A stretch of 64,000 bases of DNA from assembly GCA_028867025.1 (NCBI GenBank), contig JAGWHC010000002.1, positions 2,561-66,560 on the forward strand, read 5' to 3'. Position numbers and translations under genes: made by a program. Positions 61,561 to 64,000 of the stretch are shown in pieces. Below the pieces are notes generated by a model that had not been told where the DNA came from, did no database searches, and saw only the letters and a program-made list of their open reading frames with translations. Numbering within the stretch: position 1 is the stretch's first letter; every line of letters begins with the position of its first letter. The DNA comes from Candidatus Micrarchaeota archaeon (GTDB lineage Archaea; Micrarchaeota; Micrarchaeia; Micrarchaeales; CABMGC01).

Positions 61561-62955
61561 TCAGGTTTCTACTTCTGAGCTTCCCCCAGGCTCTTCGCCA
61601 CCTTCTTCTGGCGAAGGCGACGCCTCGTTTGTGTCTTGTGAAGCTCCCCCGGCTTCCGCATCATCCTCGTCTTCGTCCTTTTCTTTTTCCTCTGCAGGCT
61701 CAGAGATCGGGGACAGGCCCCAGGCTAACGAGTCCGCTCTCGCTTTTGCGATCTTATTCAAGCTCTTATTTCCGTCGTCTGCCGCTTCGTTTTTAGGCCT
61801 TTTTACAGCGGCACCCTTGCTGCGGTTATTCTTCTGACTCTTCCTCGCCGCTGCTTTCTTCAGCTTCGATCTCTTCTTTGCCTTGTTCTTGCCTTTCGTC
61901 TTCAGTTCCTTAGCGCTCTTCCTCAGTTCCTTGGCCTGCTCCTTCCTCAATTCCACCTGCTTCCTGGCCTCGATCTTCCTCTTCATCTCTGCCTTGCGCG
62001 CCAGCTCCTCGGCCTTCGCCTTGGCCTCCATCTTCTTCCTCATGGACTCTATCTCGCGCTTCGCCTTCGACTCCGCCTCTGCGCGCTCCTTCTCAATCTT
62101 CTCGGCAAGCAGCGCGCGCTGCCTCTTCTCCTCCTTCTTCAACGCCTCCGCCGCGATCTTGCTTATCTTCTCGCTCTCCTTCCTCTCACGCTCGCCCGAG
62201 AGTCTCTTCCAGTTTGCGAATTGTGGCCCGTGCTGCGACGCTCCGCCTGCTTTCCCCGCGCATGCGTTCGCGAGTTTCTTCATCGCCACTGTGAATGGCG
62301 AGGATTCGCCGCTCAAGTATGCTGGGGTGTGCGCGGCAAGGCTTTCGCTGACAGTTGTGTCCTCAGGAAACGCCACCGTCACCTTTCCTCCCCACGCGTC
62401 CTCTATCTCGCTTATTCTCAGTTCATAGCTCCTGCCCGTAACCCTGTTGAGCGTCAATGTATACCTCTCCTTTATCCCCTTGAGTTCCTCTCCCAGCCTG
62501 AGCGCGCTCGTGAGCGCAGGCAGGTCCGGCGTGGCCACTATCACCGCCTCGTCGAACGGCATCATGTCCTCCTCCTGCTGCAGTCCAGGCGCTGTGTCGA
62601 CTACAACGAAATCGTAGCTGCACCTCTCAAGCTCCTCAACCAGCCTCTTGACGTGCGTGTTTGTCAGCTGGAACGGCTTCGTGCTGAGCATGCCAAGCAC
62701 GCAGTGCATCCCCGTTGGGGCGTGCACAGTCACCACGTTTGCCAGGCTGGCGCCGTCCACCACGAGATTCTCAAAACCCACCTTCGCGTCCTCCATGCCA
62801 AGGTGCAACCCAACCGCGGGATTGTCGGTGTCAGCGTCGACCATCAGCACGCGCTTGTTCGTCAGCTTCAGCGCGACGGCGAGGTTCACAGCTACTGTTG
62901 TCTTGCCTACCCCGCCCTTCTGGCTCAGAACGCCTATTATATACGGCCTCAGCAA
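61561..62955 (-). CDS. ParA/MinD-family ATPase with ~140-aa Lys/Glu-rich coiled-coil and acidic C-terminal tail
   Basis: The N-terminal ~235 aa carry LSQKGGVGKT, MVDADTDNP, DFVVVDTAPG and ATPDLPALTS. A KE/KR-rich segment (KKEEKRQRALLAEKIEKERAEAESKAKREIESMRKKMEAKAKAEE...) follows, then EPAEEKEKDEDEDDAEAGG...EEGGEEPGGSSEVET. Confidence 0.8.
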   Translation of the reverse strand: MLRPYIIGVLSQKGGVGKTTVAVNLAVALKLTNKRVLMVDADTDNPAVGLHLGMEDAKVGFENLVVDGASLANVVTVHAPTGMHCVLGMLSTKPFQLTNTHVKRLVEELERCSYDFVVVDTAPGLQQEEDMMPFDEAVIVATPDLPALTSALRLGEELKGIKERYTLTLNRVTGRSYELRISEIEDAWGGKVTVAFPEDTTVSESLAAHTPAYLSGESSPFTVAMKKLANACAGKAGGASQHGPQFANWKRLSGERERKESEKISKIAAEALKKEEKRQRALLAEKIEKERAEAESKAKREIESMRKKMEAKAKAEELARKAEMKRKIEARKQVELRKEQAKELRKSAKELKTKGKNKAKKRSKLKKAAARKSQKNNRSKGAAVKRPKNEAADDGNKSLNKIAKARADSLAWGLSPISEPAEEKEKDEDEDDAEAGGASQDTNEASPSPEEGGEEPGGSSEVET

Positions 62956-64000
62956 TCACTCACCCTTGTCCCCTTTCAGCTTCTCTCTTATGTCCCTAAG
63001 TTCCTTAACCCTTTCATCGCTGACCCTTTCGCTGCCCCTCTCGCTGCCCTCGGGCTCCTTGTTCGCCGGCTTTGAGATGAGCTGCTTCACCCTGCTTATG
63101 CTGTCTGCCATGCCTGGCCTGCTCTCCCTATTTTCAGGCTGCGCGCCTCCAGGCGGAGGCGGTCCGCGCTCCGATTCGCCATGTCCGAGGCGAGCGCCTC
63201 TGGCCTGCGGCAGGAATCGCACGATGAGGAAAACCACAATCACTACAAATGCGAGCGCAATCAGCGCATTATAGACCTGCATCGAAGCCTGCTGCGCCGC
63301 GGGAAGTATCACGACAGGCACTCTCTGGGTTATGTTGTACTGCCCTGCAATGACGCTCAGCGTGAAGAGGTCAGTGCCCGGAGCCGAATCCTCTATTGTG
63401 AAGTTGGTCGTGACCAATTGGTTGGGAGTGACGTTGAACTTCTGCACGGGGTTGAGCACCTTGCCGCTCGACTCGCTTGTGAACGAGATTGTCATCTGCT
63501 GCGGCACCGAGTCTGTGTAGAATATGGACACCGTGGCGTTTGACAGCGTGTTTGCATACGGAGTGGGAAGGTCGATGCTCACCACCCTCAGCACCTGCGC
63601 CGTGGTTATTGCCGATGGCTGCACGAGAACAGTCTGTATGTACTTCAGCGGGAACTGGTGCACCGGATGGTTTATCGTGTAGTAGCCATAGACGAACTGA
63701 TCAGCTGGCAGGGAGGTTATGTGCCAATCTATGATTATCGTCCCGTTGACGCTGCTCACGTTGTTCGCTATCCCGAATGTGGTTATCTGCGATGTGCTGT
63801 TCACCAGGCCGGGAGGAAATATCGTCTTGACCTCAGTGTTCGTGAGGTTCTCGTTTACAGGGCTGCCTATCTGGATCACTCCGCTGACCTGCTGCGTGTT
63901 GTTGACTATGCTTATCTGGTCGATCACGCTGGGCTGAGCGGTGTTCCTTGCGCTTATCGTGACGGAGATGTACTCCACCTGGGTCGTCGTACCTGTGCTG
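62956..64000 (-). CDS. Bitopic surface protein (beta-rich ectodomain, TM helix, ~85-aa charged cytoplasmic tail); N-terminus outside window
   Basis: The frame stays open beyond the GTG at 63978 to the window edge. The sequon-rich beta ectodomain is followed by the TM helix VYNALIALAFVVIVVFLIV and a charged tail (GESERGPPPPGG...ERVKELRDIREKLKGDKGE). Its stop abuts the start of the long MinD gene. Confidence 0.6.
   Translation of the reverse strand, partial: STGTTTQVEYISVTISARNTAQPSVIDQISIVNNTQQVSGVIQIGSPVNENLTNTEVKTIFPPGLVNSTSQITTFGIANNVSSVNGTIIIDWHITSLPADQFVYGYYTINHPVHQFPLKYIQTVLVQPSAITTAQVLRVVSIDLPTPYANTLSNATVSIFYTDSVPQQMTISFTSESSGKVLNPVQKFNVTPNQLVTTNFTIEDSAPGTDLFTLSVIAGQYNITQRVPVVILPAAQQASMQVYNALIALAFVVIVVFLIVRFLPQARGARLGHGESERGPPPPGGAQPENRESRPGMADSISRVKQLISKPANKEPEGSERGSERVSDERVKELRDIREKLKGDKGE

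Overview
Gene-dense archaeal chromosomal segment, mostly core information-processing and housekeeping genes. These include aIF5B, GatD/GatE, an IleRS homologue, TyrRS, Topo VI subunit A, a type IA topoisomerase, membrane LonB, FtsY, prefoldin alpha, aIF6, r-proteins L31e/L39e/S19e/S3Ae/S15, Rpo11(L), TFB, MscL, MsrB and several transporters. The RFC small-subunit gene is interrupted by a 446-aa LAGLIDADG intein. One 16S rRNA gene (about 38412-39895) stands alone with no 23S, 5S or tRNA beside it. It is flanked by a long processing stem and deviates from several near-universal 16S positions. Secreted proteins are very rich in N-x-S/T sequons and Ser/Thr linkers. Together this suggests, by inference only, a small-genome DPANN-type (possibly Micrarchaeota-like) archaeon. 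I saw no CRISPR array, tRNA gene, transposase or integrase. The stand-out region is a minus-strand locus at 53.3-64.0 kb. It encodes two bitopic Ig-like membrane proteins with highly charged cytoplasmic tails and two ParA/MinD-type ATPases, one with a long Lys/Glu coiled-coil and an acidic tail. It also encodes an 1836-aa multi-domain surface protein and two small secreted proteins paralogous to the giant protein's C-terminal Cys-bounded module. I interpret this as a candidate undescribed surface-fibre or attachment apparatus (hypothesis). Other notable items: an IleRS homologue with substituted HIGH and KMSKS motifs; a low-GC mosaic island at 24.7-29.6 kb next to the low-GC intein; a free-standing, probably inactivated LAGLIDADG gene next to the 16S; a small Gly-rich secreted peptide gene; and a 395-bp convergent intergenic region with a TATA box and repeated motifs.
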